A stretch of DNA of 64,000 nucleotides from Balanoglossus misakiensis (taxonomy: Eukaryota > Animalia > Hemichordata), in NCBI GenBank assembly GCA_040954595.2, contig CM082589.2, positions 920,690 through 984,689 of the forward strand, in the 5' to 3' direction. A program made the position numbers and the translations under genes. The first letter of the stretch is position 1; every line of letters starts with the position of its first letter. Positions 63,870 to 64,000 of the stretch are shown in pieces. Under the pieces are notes generated by a model that was not told the origin of the DNA, did no database searches, and saw only the letters and a list, made by a program, of their open reading frames with translations.

Positions 63870-64000
63870 CAAATAATACTGAGTAACTAACTGTATCAGT
63901 GATCTACTAACAATCGTATTGACATGTTAAAATATGGGTCAGTTGTATAAGAAGGTAATTCTTACAGATTTGTCCAACTTTTTGACTCGTACGAAAGATT

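Overview
This is AT-rich, intron-containing animal genomic DNA with no prokaryotic features. An invertebrate, possibly a marine deuterostome, is my inference from the gene content and small introns. I reconstructed 11 protein-coding genes by hand from splice sites. In order they are eIF3e (-), RNF146 (+), AGPAT5 (-), intronless RBM34 (+), a clan-3 cytochrome P450 (+), a Mab-21/cGAS-like receptor with an intact nucleotidyltransferase triad (-), two more clan-3 P450s head-to-head (-/+), a PAQR7/8-like membrane progestin receptor (-), focal adhesion kinase (+), and a 4-exon, about 798-aa TIR-SAM-TIR-TIR protein (-). A candidate first exon or transmembrane micropeptide lies at the right edge. The most interesting items are the TIR-SAM-TIR-TIR protein, whose catalytic-position residues are E/E/D, and the cGLR embedded in the P450 cluster. 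Also notable are two GC-AG introns found in only one P450 paralog, a natural Y925F-equivalent FAK, candidate FAK cassette exons, a tRNA-derived SINE and small hairpin elements.
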